Shown here: piece by piece, positions 29,172-42,758 of the stretch
How positions within the stretch are numbered: the first letter of the stretch is position 1
Layout: each line of letters starts with the position of its first letter
NCBI RefSeq assembly: GCF_006345805.1
Contig: NC_043000.1
Coordinates: 120,962,001 to 121,026,000, forward strand
Direction: 5' to 3'
DNA: 64,000 nt
Origin: Octopus sinensis
Lineage: Eukaryota
The notes under the pieces: generated by a model
What the model saw: only the letters and a program-made list of their open reading frames with translations
The model's database searches: none
Told to the model about the DNA's origin: nothing
Translations under genes and position numbers: made by a program

Positions 29172-29440
29172 GGAGGCGCAATGGCCCAGTGGTTAGGGCA
29201 GGGGACTCGCGGTCGTAAGATCGCGGTTTCGATTCCCAGACCGAGCATTGTGAGTGTTTATTGAGCGAAATCACCTAAAGCATTCATCCATTCGGGGTCG
29301 ATTAAATAAGTACCAGTTACGCACTGGGTTGATATAATCGACTTAATCCGTTTGTCTGTCCTTGTTTGTCCTCTCTGTGTTTAGTCCCTTGTGGGTAGTA
29401 AAGAAATAAGAAACGTTAGCACGCCGGGCGAAATGTATTT
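29172..29440 (+). mobile_element. Chimeric SINE: GGAGGCGCAATGG head fused to the 3' part of the GGCGGCGAG family
   Basis: Junction at ~29280 (CACCTAAAG|CATTCATCC). Confidence 0.75.
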
Positions 29441-30946
29441 TATCGACTCCGAAATGATGAAAGGCATAGGTTGACGAAGTCGGGAAGTAAACAGCTGGAA
29501 GCAATGTCGCTAACTGTTTTGTCCGACATTCTAACGACTTTACCAGAATGCTGCCCTAATATTGAAACACTGCCATATAAAAATCACTTAGAAACAAATT
29601 AGTTTTATCAAACATACGTCTATTCATATCGGCATGTGGTTTTCAATATGGTATTGACGAAGAATCGTGTTCAAGCGATGGTGTTTCTACAAATGGCACA
29701 GCTCCATATATAACGAACGCAGTGAATTACTTAAATGATATATTTTTTTATCCATATCATATTCGATCTTGGCACATCATCACTAATTATTCTACTCTCT
29801 GTAAACAGAATATTCTATATGTGTCTAATTCCGATAAATAATACTTTGAGTGTCCATCTAAGTTGAAGCTATTAATATAGATGAAAGTATGGAGCTAGAA
29901 TGCACTTTTAATTGCCCCAATTTAACGCCAAGCTATGACAAACTAAGATACTTCATATAACACTCACTATCTTTACACGAAAAAAAAAAATAGAGAGAAA
30001 CTACGAAAAAATACGAAGAAAACCTATATAGACTCACGTGAGTTAATGGAACAAACTGAAAAACAAATTAACAAACAAACAAACAAAAGCACATATGCTT
30101 GCTAATGAACGGCAGAGTTCAAATCGTGCTAGGAGGGAAATGGTACGCATAATGGTTTAACTACATATGACATCACTTGGGAAATGCTTCACTGTTTACC
30201 TTTATTGATCCAAACTAACATTTTTTAAACAAAATTTCAGATATGCTGAGCTTGCAATTTCACTATGCCTTGTTATGCACTGTTCAGTAAAAGCGAGATG
30301 CGCATCCGATCGGGAAATTGAAATATGAAGTGAATCGAGAGAGGTAAATATTCCAATAAATGGGTTTGGTAAGGTGGTGGTCTCATTTCTCTGGGAATAC
30401 CTGGGAAAAAGAAACGAAAAAACTTTATATTTTCTGTTATATGCAAACTCATGGACAGCAGACGTGCGAGTGAGCGCGCACGTTTGCAAATGAATAGACA
30501 CACCCACATATTTTTGCAGGAAATTTCCCTGAAGGAATTTAGTGAAATAGTTTCCAGAAGTGGAGCAAAATCGAAACTAAAGCGACATGGTTGTGGCGCG
30601 ACAATATCAATTGTCAATGAAAGTAAAATTCAGAAAGAAAAAAAAACACAGGAAGGCCGTTCATTGAATTGATATGAAAGATCAATGAAATCTCACGTAG
30701 AAATTCTTACTACTAAACAGGACAAACAAAGAGAGGAAGAAGAAGAGAGAGAAGAAGCATGTGTGTGTGGATTAGGGAGTGAGAAGAGAAAGAGAAAGAG
30801 ACAGAGTAAGTATGATGAGAGTGTGAATGTAAGAGTGAGAAGAATAAATAAATATATAAAGGAAGAGAAGATAAACGTAGAGAAACATAGACAGTGAAAG
30901 ATAAATATAGAATCTACAAATTTGCACAGACACGCATATACATATA

Positions 30947-30990
<44 letters not shown>

Positions 30991-31602
30991 CGTGTGTGTG
31001 TGTACAGATATACATATACATGTACATGTGAATATATATATGGATATATATATATAGATATATAAATATATATATATATACAAAAAGAGAGAGAGAGAGA
31101 AAGGAGGGGGTGAATGTTTGTGAGGAAATAGTGTATTGATTGGAGAAGAAGACGAAAATGAATATCTAAATATTTTTCCTCTTTGAATTTTTATTATTTT
31201 CCGCTCTAAAGGTTCGTTGACGTTTTCTAGAATATTTTATTTGTATTTTATTTAATTCTATCGATATATTTCCTATTTTTGCGCTCCTCCTCCAGTTTCC
31301 TTTAGACAAATATATTAAAGTAATGCTGCTTCTGATCTCTTTTATTCTTCTTTTACTCTCAGTGTAATTTCATAGAATAACCACATGACAGGACGCGATA
31401 TTATGACAATTCTAAATTTAAATAAAAGTTAGAATTATCATAAGTTACCGACCTGTCGTCTGTTTTGTGTTTTTGTTTCCATAAAATCTTTAGTCAGATC
31501 TCTGAATTTTACCGCTTTGCGATATAAATGCCGAAGCGCTTTTTGTATTTTAAACTTTCCTTCATTTTGAATTTTATATTAACCATTCTTATACATCTAA
31601 AT

Positions 31603-31900
31603 GTGGAGGCGCAATGGCCCAGTGGTTAGGGCAGCGGACTCGCGGTTTCGATCGCCAGACCGAGCGTTGCGAATGTTTTTTGAGCGAATACACCTAAAGC
31701 TCCACGAGGCTCCGGCAGGGGGTAGTGGTGGCAATCCCTGCTGTACTCTTTCGCCGCAACTTTCTCTCACTCTTTCTTCTGTTGGCCTGCTCGCTTAGTC
31801 AGTGGGGTGACGTAATTTGAAGGCTAAAACAATGTGAAGCGCATTGTGACCAGCGATGTATAGCAGCATCTGGTATCCTGGTCGGTCACGATGATCTCGG
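31603..31900 (+). mobile_element. tRNA-derived SINE (GGAGGCGCAATGGCCCAGTGG head)
   Basis: A/B-box-like head; body shared with 34367 and 40858. Confidence 0.85.
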
Positions 31901-33149
31901 TGATACATCGATATAAGTAATTCACAAATACGCACATCATGACAGCTACTGGCACACACATGTACTTATATGCATGAGTCCATATTTGCATATAGACATA
32001 CACACATACTGATACGAATGCATATACGTATATATACATTATATTTTATGTATGCATTCATGTATTATATGTATGCATCTCTCTATATATATGAGTTTGT
32101 GGTTGCGTGTGTGACGAAGAACAAAAGTAGAGTACAAGCAGCACAAAGACGAAATAATTAAACAATCAATGTTATTATTTAATATCCGAGAGAAGAGTAA
32201 ATTTCAATGATTATAACGTTTCGGAAATTGCGTTTCTTCAGAAAGTGGAAAAGAAGAGGGATGACGAGGAGAAACAATAAAAGCAAGAGAAGAATACAAA
32301 TAAATGAAATTTTTTTAAAACTAGTAAACGAAGCTGCATGGTGTTTGTTTGCACATTTGGACAATGTCTGACCGAAAATGAAGAACATCTTGCATGGTAA
32401 TTTGGGGGCAGGTGTGCGACAGGAAGACATCTCTTTGTCTGTGAGTTTGTAGGTGTATGTGTGTGCGTATATGTGCATGTGTCTATGAGGAGTATGGAAA
32501 AGTAGTTTATTTTTATTATAAATGGGCCTTTGTGTGTCGTGTAATGTATATGTCTGTGTGTGTTTGTTTAGTTCTGTTTTATAGCATATCTCTATGTGTG
32601 TATATGTGCGCACGTGTGTGTGTGTTTGTGTGTGTATGTGTGTGTCTAGAACAACCGTGTTTTGCAAGTATAATTGTAATCCATCGCTGTCAGATTTTTT
32701 TATTGCTTTAATTCTATATTTCCCTGACAACCGTACTTGTGTGTCTTTGCAAAAAGTCTGGAAATGCAGTGCCGCACAAATGGATTGAATTGTATGAAAA
32801 TGTGATAAATTTTGTACGATATATGCTTCAAGAATCGCATCTACGTGTACGACGGAAACGGCGTAAAGGTTTCTGGATACAGCTAAGAGATATGTTGATA
32901 TTATTTTGTATCTTCCTCAATGGGTTTCTATTGACCACCGGAGCAAAACTTTGATAAGTAATACACTTTAATTCACAATTATATGGTGTATAACCATCCA
33001 TGTATTTTGAGTTTTAAGAATGTGAGACTGGAGACGTAATTATTAAACTATACTTCCAGAACCTGTTTAGGAAAATAATACCTGTCATATTTGTAATGCT
33101 GATTTCGTTCTAGTAACGAAATAAAGACTAACGATAACTCTTTACTCTT

Positions 33150-33585
33150 TTACTCTTTTGTTTCAATCATTTGAGTGCGGCTAAGCTGGAGCACCGCCTT
33201 TAGTCGAGCAAATCGACCCCAGGAATTATTCTTTGTAAGCTTAGTACTTATTCTATCGGTCTCTTTTGCCGAACCGCTAAGTTACGGGGACGCAAACACA
33301 CCAGCATCGATTGTCAAGCGATGTTGGGGGGACAAACATAGACACACAAATACACACACACACACGCACACACACATATACATGTATATATGTATATATA
33401 TATATATATATACACATATACAACGGGCTTCTTTCAGTTTCCGTCTACCAAATCCACTCACAAGGCTTTGGTCAGTCCAAGGCTATAATAGAAGACACTT
33501 GCCCAAGGTGCCATGCAGAGGGACTGAACCCGGAACCATGTGGTTGGTAAGCAAGCTACTTACCACACAGCTACTTCTGCGCCTA
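33150..33585 (-). mobile_element. CORE-type SINE with internal microsatellite (possibly octopus OR2-like)
   Basis: Minus-strand head GGCGCAGAAGTAGCTGTGTGG, CORE-like ACCTTGGGCAAGTGTCTT, a TA/TG tract, then a conserved tail. Confidence 0.85.
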
Positions 33586-34366
33586 TAACACAGCCACCCC
33601 TGCGCCTATAAAGAAAGATTTTATTTGAAATATTTACTCTTATTCGTTTCTAACAGAAACGACGAAGGCAATTGTTTAAAAATTAAGAAGTAAATGGAAA
33701 ATTTAGATAACTGTATGCTTCACTAAATAACTATTATTGTTAGCAAATTATATACAGACTTTCGTTAATGGTCATGTATTACTTTGATACCGGATTGCCA
33801 TTTTGTTGAAAAGGGAATCAACTCTGGTATGTTAGAGATATTTCAGATATGACCCCAGAAGGATGAAAGGCAATTTAATGTCCGATAGGATATGACCATA
33901 GAACGTAAATAGACAAAACCAAATACCGGAAAGAAATTTTGTCTGGTACACTATCGATTCTGCCAATCCAACACATTCGATATTGATTTCTTTAAGAACA
34001 TGACCATATTTTTTGTTTGTAGAGAAAAAGAGCAATTGATTATATCGATCTCAGTATGTGAATGTTCTCTTTTTAACAGTCAAGAACATTTGGAAGCGAA
34101 AAAGTTACCTTTCTAGATTTGAACTGAAAACCTAGCAAGTTGCAAATACATACCATAATTTATAGTGCCTAGCATCCTACTACTTAGGCTTTTGACGTCT
34201 GTACACAGGCATAGAATTGATATTACTAAGTGACTTGAATGACTAAATTCATAGTAAAATACATTACTCTTACTTGTAGTATATGCAGTTCTGAATAAAA
34301 ACCCCACTTCGATATATAATAGCTGTTGTTTAAGAACTTTGAGTCGTGTACAGACTGTATAAACAG

Positions 34367-34745
34367 TGGAGGCGCAATGGCCCAGTGGTTAGCGCAGCGG
34401 ACTCGCGGTCGGAGGATCGCGGTTTCGATTCCAAGACCGGGCGTTGTGTGTGTTTATTGAACGAAAACACCTAAAGCTCCACGATGCTCCGGCAGGAGGG
34501 GTGGCGACCCCTGTTGTACTCCTTCGCTCCAACTTTCTCTCACTCTTTCTTCCAGTTTCTTGTCCCCGACTTCCTACGCAACCGCTGAGCCTGGATCCGC
34601 ATTCATCCATCCGTCGATGCTCTCTGTGTCGGGGGTCGACCTGCTTTTTCTTCTGCGGGTCTTACGAATAGCAAAGGACGACGATTCGGACTTCTCCCAC
34701 TGCGAGCTCTGGGACGAAGACCGTTCGCTCGACAGCAACAGCAAC
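34367..34745 (+). mobile_element. tRNA-derived SINE, long-tail variant
   Basis: GGAGGCGCAATGGCCCAGTGGTTAG head, GC-rich tail, ending in (CAA/CAG) repeats. Confidence 0.8.
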
Positions 34746-35767
34746 TGCATAAACAGTAGCAGTTACTTCTAGTCTATAGATGATAAATTTTAATGTTAGG
34801 CTGTGTAGAGCATTGGCGAGCAAATGATGAAGTTATATTATGCTTTTTAATCTGATAGCAAAGATGTATTATGGTAAAGATATACTCTGAAATATTTGTG
34901 CTTACGAGAAGAGTAAACATTGTTGTACGGATTTGTGCGATATATGAATATATATATAAGATATGGGTTGGATATTTTTTGTGGTTAGGAGAACGAGCAA
35001 CTAGATTTTCAAAACTGATCGAATCTTATCTTTCGATTAGCTCTTTTCATGATTTGCGTGGTTAATGCTTCGTCTTTTATCTGCGTAATGGATTCAATTA
35101 CTGTTCAGCTATCTAACCAAGAGATTTGAGAGAACAGATGAGTTTCGGGAGATATAACACTGATTTGGAAGGATCGTTAGTTACGAATTGGTGAGCATAT
35201 GCGATTACATGCTACGCATCGAGGGCCCATTGTCATATTATTCTTAGTTTCATTGTTCTGCACTATCTATTAGCTGGCCTCCACCGGCAATAATTTTCCA
35301 ATGATATCTTTTGCAAAGCAGAGTCCTTATCAAAAGAAAATATTGTTGCAATTTACGCGTCAATAGATTGCTTAATCCAACAAGCTGAGGTTGTGGCCCT
35401 TGAATGCAATATTCGGAATTTACTAAAAATATCCAAGAACCCTGTTGATTTTGCTGAATTAGACGCTATGTTAAATAGCATAAATTCCTCGAGCTAAAAG
35501 ATGTTTTATCATTGCATCAATAATACTGAATTATCTACATAGAACATTTCCGTCCTTTTTTTCTGTATCCCTATCTTCCTCCATCTGGTTCTTTGAGAAT
35601 CAGCCGCTATTACAATTTCCTACTGCATTCCCACGCATCACCAGCAGCGACCATGGATATTATGCAACCATATCGCTCCAGGTTTAACCTTAAGTCTCTT
35701 GTCTGTCGTTGCGGCAGGCTTGACGGTTTCGTCTTGCGATCCTTTCATACGGTATTCTGATCACATA

Positions 35768-36182
35768 AGGCGGCGAGCTGGCAGAAACGTTAGCACGTCG
35801 GGCGAAATGCATAGCGGTATTTCGTCTGCCGCTACGTTCTGAGTTCAAATTCCGCAGAGGTTGACTTTGTCTTTCATCATTTCGGGGTCGATAAATTAAG
35901 TACCATTTACGCACCGGGGTCGATATAATCGACTTAATCCGTCTGTCTGTCCTTGTTTGTTTCCTCTGTGCTTAGCCCCTTGTGGGTAATAAAAAAATAG
36001 GTATTTCGTCTGCCGCTACGTTCTGAGTTCAAATTCCGCCGAGGTCCACTTTGCCTTTCATCAATTCGGGGTCGATTAAATAAGTACCAGTTACGCACTG
36101 GGTCGATATAATCGACTTAATCCGTTTGTCTGTCCTTGTTTTCCCCCTCTGCGTGTAGCCCCTTGTGGGCAGTAAAGAAATA
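35768..36182 (+). mobile_element. SINE, head + 2 x 184-bp unit, 17-bp TSD
   Basis: Units start at 35816 and 36000. TSD GGTATTCT(G/A)ATCACATA at 35751 and 36183. Confidence 0.9.
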
Positions 36183-37636
36183 GGTATTCTAATCACATAT
36201 CTGTACTACTGGAGCTGTGAGATCTCAATGTAAGCAAGCAGTGATTTGACCTGAAAAGATTCTTTGATCTCCAGGATCAGCACTCTGTCGACTAACGTCA
36301 CTCCCATGAACCATCGGAGGGAAGCCCGTTTTGTCCGCTTCTATATGCGATCGCACTCATTCGGTCATTATGCAACGTTCATAAAAATAGGTTGACGATA
36401 GAATTGAACCAATCTCTTCTCTTCTGAGTGTCGAATGCTGAAGTTGGTGCAATTCTGTATCAATACCTAGCATTCATCTGATAGTACTGCTAGGAAGTAA
36501 TAAAAGGTGTGAGATAGAAAGAAAATATACTCATATAATTAAGTTAAAGTATGGATGCGCATATAGATCTTTAAATGCATAGGAAAATAACTTACGAAAT
36601 AAAAGAAATTCTTCTCAGATATAGGAACATTTTCTAACATTCCGCATACATTTCGAGTTATACCAACACAGCCTTAGTGTATTTACGAGAAAAAAGACAT
36701 TCATATCTAATACAATTGGGAGAAGAAATAGGTTGAAATTTTTGAACATATATAGAATAACATTGAATGAGTTAGGGTTGGAAATCAGATTAAGAAACAC
36801 TCTCACGTTTTACTTAACCTGACGAAATTTCGTTTCATTTTGCATATTGAATTGTTTCGTACGATGTATACTTCATAGTTATTGTATGCACGATTTCTTA
36901 GGAATGGTCTAATTCAATTAACAAAAGATAAGGAACAGACGAATTTAGTTATGTTTTAGAATAATTCAGCTGGAAATATTTTAATGAATATAATTATAGA
37001 TAATTTGTCTGTTTGTCATAAAAACGACTGGAAAATTGCTATATTTCTGTTTAACCAAATTTATCAGTTTCTTTAAATTATAAAATTATGTTATATATTC
37101 CCACTCACTAAAACACTGACTATCGTGTTACATCAATTTGGTAATATTATTTCTGTAGAGAAATGATTGATATTATCTTTTTGAACATTGTAATATATCT
37201 AAATTTAATTTTCTCGGTGACATATCTGTTAGTGTTAAGTGCAGTTAAAGGAAATCGCGAAATATCACATTAAGTATTTATTACGTATTGCAATGACAGT
37301 TATTGATGGGTAACTAATAGATATAAAATATACCTTGAAAAACGTACTTGAAGAAGTCTAGTCATGAGTGGTTCGAATGTAGGTATAGATTTTGGTTTAG
37401 AAATAGATAACCATTCCTCATTAATGGTCACCTGCTACCCAGTTATTGCGCTTATCACGCTTTTCATAGCAGATCCATTTTGATATTCTAAGGTAGTTAT
37501 GGACAAAGCGTACTCCGCGGGATTCTCTGGATGGCATCCCAATGAAAAATTATCTTGAACTTATGTAGTACGGTGGTTCACCTGATAAAGAACCATGTCT
37601 CATGCGGTCGGCTCCTCGAAAACAATTGCCTATTCT

Positions 37637-38237
37637 AAAGGCGGCGAGCTGGCAGAAACTTTAGCACGCCGGGCGAAATGCGTAGCCGTATTTCGTCTGC
37701 CGTTACGTTCTCAGTTCAAATTTCGCCGAGGTTGACTTTGCCATTCATCCTTTCGGGGTCGATTAAATAAGTACCAGTTACGCACTGGGGTCGAAATAAT
37801 CGACTTAATCCGTCTGTCTGTCCTTGTTTGTCCTCTCTGTATTTAGCCCCTTGTGGATAGTAAAGAAATAGGTTTTTCGTCTGCCGTTACGTTGTGAGTT
37901 CAAATTCCGCCGAGGTCGATTTTGCCTTTCATCCTTTCGGGGTCGATAAATTAAGTACCAGTTACGCACTGGGGTCGATGTAATCGACTTAATCCGTTTG
38001 TCTGACCTTGTTTGTCCGCTCTATGTTTAGCCCCTAGTGGGTAATAAAGAAACAGGCATTTCGTCTGCCGCTACGTTCTGAGTTCAAACTCCGCCGAGGT
38101 CGACTTTGCCTTTCATCCTTTTGGAGTCGATAAATTAAATACCAGTTACGCACTGGGGTCGATATAATTGACTTAATCCGTTTGCCTGTCCTTGTTTGAC
38201 CCTCTGTGTTTAGCCCCTTCTAAGTAGTAAAGAAATA
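37637..38237 (+). mobile_element. SINE, head + 3 x 184-bp unit, 19-bp TSD
   Basis: Units start at 37687, 37871 and 38055. TSD GAAAACAATTGCCTATTCT at 37618 and 38238. Confidence 0.92.
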
Positions 38238-38711
38238 GAAAACAATTGCCTATTCTTGTATACTTATATCACATGTCATTGTTTTGCGCAAATGGGAACT
38301 AAATATCAGAAACATTTTATGAGGAATTATCACAGTACCTCATTCTAAACATTCAACATGTAATGTGTACCAGCTGGTGTCTACTTTGTAAGTTTTAAAT
38401 ATTGTATCATAATGCTGTTACACTTCAACAGGTGATACCATCTTACGAATACTGTGAATTGCTTTTGTTAAAAGTCTTTTTGTTGTTTTACGCTCTATTT
38501 AACCCTGCTTGCTCTATGTTCTCGTTTTGGACTCACAATTGTACTTGATATTGAACAACACATTTCTGAGATAAATACATGAAAATAAACGCCTAAATTT
38601 CTAGAAAACACTAAATATGTATATTAACACATTCCGTTCACCGACAATTGTAGGTTAATAACCAAGCTATACGTATAATTTTATTGAAATAAAGGTACGT
38701 ATATTTTGACT

Positions 38712-39000
38712 AGGAGGCACATGGCCTAGTAGTTAGAGCAGAGGACTCGCGGTCGAGGGATCGCATGTTCGAATCTCTTTTTGTTTATTCGCGAGACACC
38801 TAAGCTCCACGCGGCTCCGACAGAAGGTAATGGCGAACTTCTGCTGACTCTTTCGCCACAACTTTCTTTCACTCTTTCCTCCTGCATCTTGTAGCTCACC
38901 TGCGACGGACCGCCGTCCCGTCCAAGTGGGGAACATATACGCCAAGGAAACCGGGAAACCGGCCCTTATGAGCGAATCATGGATGGAAATGGAACAAACA
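38712..39000 (+). mobile_element. tRNA-derived SINE (GGAGGCACATGGCCT family)
   Basis: TSD ATATTTTGAC at 38701 and 39001. Confidence 0.9.
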
Positions 39001-39927
39001 ATATTTTGACCAAGCGGATTGTCAAACTTCTCTCAGAGTCAAGAAAATTGATAATCACTATTGGTTTAAATCTTCCTGGCTAACCATTAGTACGACCGTA
39101 TCTGGTACAAGACCAGGAAACAAAATCCATTTCTGAGACCTCAGCTTTAAGTTTTCAGGAAACAAATTTTTGAAAACGAATTTCACTGAGTGAACTGTCT
39201 TCCTGTAGAAACATTTCCACGCTTGCTATCTCCTCGTAAAACTAGTTATCGATATAATGGGAGGAACAAAACAAAACCTCGAGCAACCTACTAGGCCTGA
39301 CCAATAAGAACGTAATATTTCAAATCGTAACATTATATTATATTATAGCAATGCCTGAAGTAAGTTAAGAAAAAATGAATTACATAAACTAGAAATTAAT
39401 TCGAGCTGCCATTTGTTTCACTTTTATCGATTAGTATAACAACACGTCGAAAGCTATCGCAGATATCACATCTGTTTTAAACTTCCGCTTTAAAAATGTC
39501 CTTTGACGTTTGTGAACTTTATCGAATAATCAGTGAATATCAAACACGATCTTTAGAACAGTAAAAGAAAAAGAGAATACAATGAAGCAAACAAAAACAA
39601 ACAATAAAAACAGTATTAACAACGTCAACTACAACAAAAATTTTTTTTTAAAAACATTTTCAGATTGAAATCAATTCCGAATTATTTCCGGAAGACAATA
39701 ACATCGACTTTAACAAGATTTCTATGAGACGACATCATTTGAAAACAAATTGTACCAAGTATGTTATAGACCGAGTGCTAGATTAATAGATTTATTGTTG
39801 ATGTCCTACTACAGTGTATTATATTGCCTTCTGCATTAAGATGTGTTACGTCATTTTGTTGCACATCTTCATACACACGAATTAGAACAGCTTCAAACAC
39901 ACACATGCTCGCACGTACTCAAACAGA

Positions 39928-40014
<87 letters not shown>

Positions 40015-40371
40015 TATATATATGTGTATGTATGTATGTATGTATACATGCATTTTTGCGAAAGACCATTTCACTAGTTTTGTCATCGTGTACGTGTACC
40101 TGTGAATCATTCGGTATTTGGTGTTAGTCATAAGATGTATTTTCCGGAAGCATTGTAAGATGAGGACAATGAATGCTTATCCAAGTATAGTCGGTGACAT
40201 AAAAGAAATGGAAAAGAATCTTGTTTGTTCATGCATTTACACAAAATATATTATATTGTCCAATGACTACAAATCTGCATGTAGGACGATATTGTCGATT
40301 CACTTAGCAAAATTGTATTACTTTCTTCTATAATGCTAGCAACAGTCTTGAAGTTCCATTTAAAAACAACA

Positions 40372-40605
40372 GAAGGCGGCGAGCTGGCAGAATCGTTAGC
40401 ACGCCGGGCGAAATGCTTAGCGGTATTTCGTCTGCCGTTACGTTCTGAGTTCAAATTCTGCCGAGGTCGACTTTGCCCTTCATCCTTTCGGGGTCGATTA
40501 AATAAGTACCATTTACGCACTGGGGTCGATGTAATCGACTTAATCCCTTTGTCTGCCCTTGTTTGCCCCCTCTATGTTTAGCCCCTTGACGGCAATAAAG
40601 ACATA
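40372..40605 (+). mobile_element. Monomeric GGCGGCGAGCTGGCAG SINE
   Basis: Head plus a single 184-bp unit. Confidence 0.88.
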
Positions 40606-40857
40606 AGATTGCATTTGGAGAATCCGCTTCAAATATTTTTTTTGCCCTTTCTTCGTAAAACCCACTAATTGGTAGGATTTTGTATAAATTTGTTTGTACA
40701 TAACGTAATGTATTCTAATGATAAATTCAAATGAGAATTCCTAGTCAGGGTACAAGAGCTGTAAGTTCCGCATTAATTCATCATAAATGTTTTCTTTTTC
40801 CTGACCTTTTGATTGCACAGTCACATCTACACAACGGCTGACCTCTAAAACAGCGCA

Positions 40858-41020
40858 GTGGAGGCGCAATGGCCCAGTAGTTAGGGCAGTGGACACACGG
40901 TCGTAAGAACGCGATTTCGATTCCCAGACCGCGCATTGTGAGTGTTTTTTTTAGCAAAAACACCTAAGCTCTACAACACCCGCTGTACTTTCATCACAAC
41001 TTTCTCTCACACCTTCTTTC
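40858..41020 (+). mobile_element. Truncated GGAGGCGCAATGG SINE
   Basis: Head homologous to 31603. Confidence 0.8.
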
Positions 41021-41229
41021 TACTGCCACAAAGCAAAAAAACCATGGTGTAACTCACTATGGTGTGGAAATCTTTGGACAGCTGCAGATGACGTGGTTAA
41101 TATCTTTCACGCTGCTATAGCAGAGACAACATGTTTTATCACAGCGAGGAGGTGTGGTGGTATCTCTTCCCCATTTGTTTATCGTGTTAGTAGATATCTC
41201 CTATTCCAAGATAGGGAAGGTATATATTT

Positions 41230-41370
41230 CTTTACTGCCCACAAGGGGCTAAACATACAGGGGACAAACAAGGACAGACAAACGGATCAAGTCAATTACA
41301 TCGAACCCAGTGTGAAACTGGTACTTAATTTATCGATCACGATAACGTTTCTGCCAGCTCGCCGCTAACG
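41230..41370 (-). mobile_element. Internally deleted GGCGGCGAG SINE
   Basis: Reverse-complement head and tail are present and the middle is missing. Confidence 0.7.
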
Positions 41371-41896
41371 ATTACATTTAAGCTGAATCTGTTATTCATT
41401 CATAACACTTCTGAACCAAATTATTAGAGATTTCTGTTTCCTTGAAATCATATATAACTCTAACAGAAAAATGTTAGAATGGAATCTGACTGATGTGTTT
41501 TGATTTAGAGTTCTGTGATCGATTGATCAAAATATGATTTGATAGCGTAAATAATGTATAACAGAATTAGATTACTGAATCCAAAGAAACGTATAAAAAT
41601 ACATTCTAAGAAAATGCCATGTGTTTGTAAGGAATTCATATTTGGAAATTACATGAAAGTTATACTAACTTTTACACGGTCTGCGGTACTGTGTTATTAG
41701 ATTATTTTGCTCTGATATTCTAACACGTTTTTGCACAAGTCGATGCACAATAAGATGCATATGCTGAGACAGCAAAATTTGCATCTTGTGTCTCCTGTAT
41801 TTTCGTTTCCATCTCTTACCTCGCTTGTATGCGTGTTTCCACTCACACATACATACACATATACATAGGTAGATATATGTACATATAAATATATAT

Positions 41897-41973
<77 letters not shown>

Positions 41974-41988
41974 CATACATACACACAT

Positions 41989-42019
<31 letters not shown>

Positions 42020-42020
<1 letters not shown>

Positions 42021-42758
42021 ACTTAGATAACTTAGAAAGGGTTTGGCCAGTATTGGCCCAGGCCATGTCTAACTTAATAGCACCACTCGGCGAAGTCTTT
42101 CAGTTCAGGATTTGGGCACCAAGGCCCATTCGAGCAGGGAGTTATTGTTTGCAGAGACATATCCGGGTGTGGGTGGTTTGTCCGGTACTGTTTGAAGGAA
42201 TTTGTCCAAAGACTTCTTGAATTTTGTGTGGTCAGTTTCTTTTTTGACGTGTCCTGGTGTAATGTTGAAGAGAGCGGGTCCAATTGAGGTGAAATAGTTG
42301 TGCCGTATTGTCGTTATGTGATGCGATTTAGATTTTTGTTGTGGACGGATGGCACGTGGTCCAAGCCTTGGATGTATTTTGAAGGTGATGCCAACATCAT
42401 TCGGACAGTGCTGATGGAATATTTTCCACATCATACAGATAATGTAGCGTTCACGACGTCGTTGGAGTGAATACAATTTCAGCTTCTCTAGTCTACCCCA
42501 GTAGTCAAGGTCTGACATGCCATCTATCTTTTTTGTGATTGACCTTTGGGGAGCTTCAATTCTCATAATATTTTGTTTTGTGTAGGGAGACCACAGTGGA
42601 CAGCAGTATTCAAGGTGGGGTCGGGCAAAAGTGGAGAAGAGAAGGATAATAGCATGGGAATCTCTCGACTGGAAGGTTCTGAGAATCCAGGAACACATTC
42701 TGCGGGCCATGTCAACTTTGCTGCTTATATGTGTAGCCCAGCTTATGTTGTTGTCCAT
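42020..42758 (-). mobile_element. 5'-truncated CR1-group LINE (ORF2 C-terminus + 3'UTR)
   Basis: A 217-codon uninterrupted frame with RPHLEYCCPLWSP, LYSLQRRRER and FKKSLDKFL motifs. Tail (CTAAGTTAT)x2 running into (TA)n. Confidence 0.88.

Noticed and set aside
29172-29245. tRNA-like sequences here and at other SINE heads
   Set aside because: They lack a complete cloverleaf and continue into SINE bodies with TSDs; not tRNA genes.
35109-35190. Exon-like segment with CAG acceptor and GTGAGC donor
   Set aside because: Stops occur in all three frames.
37687-38237. Regularly spaced repeats suggestive of a CRISPR array
   Set aside because: These are contiguous 184-bp SINE units with no unique spacers, in eukaryotic DNA.
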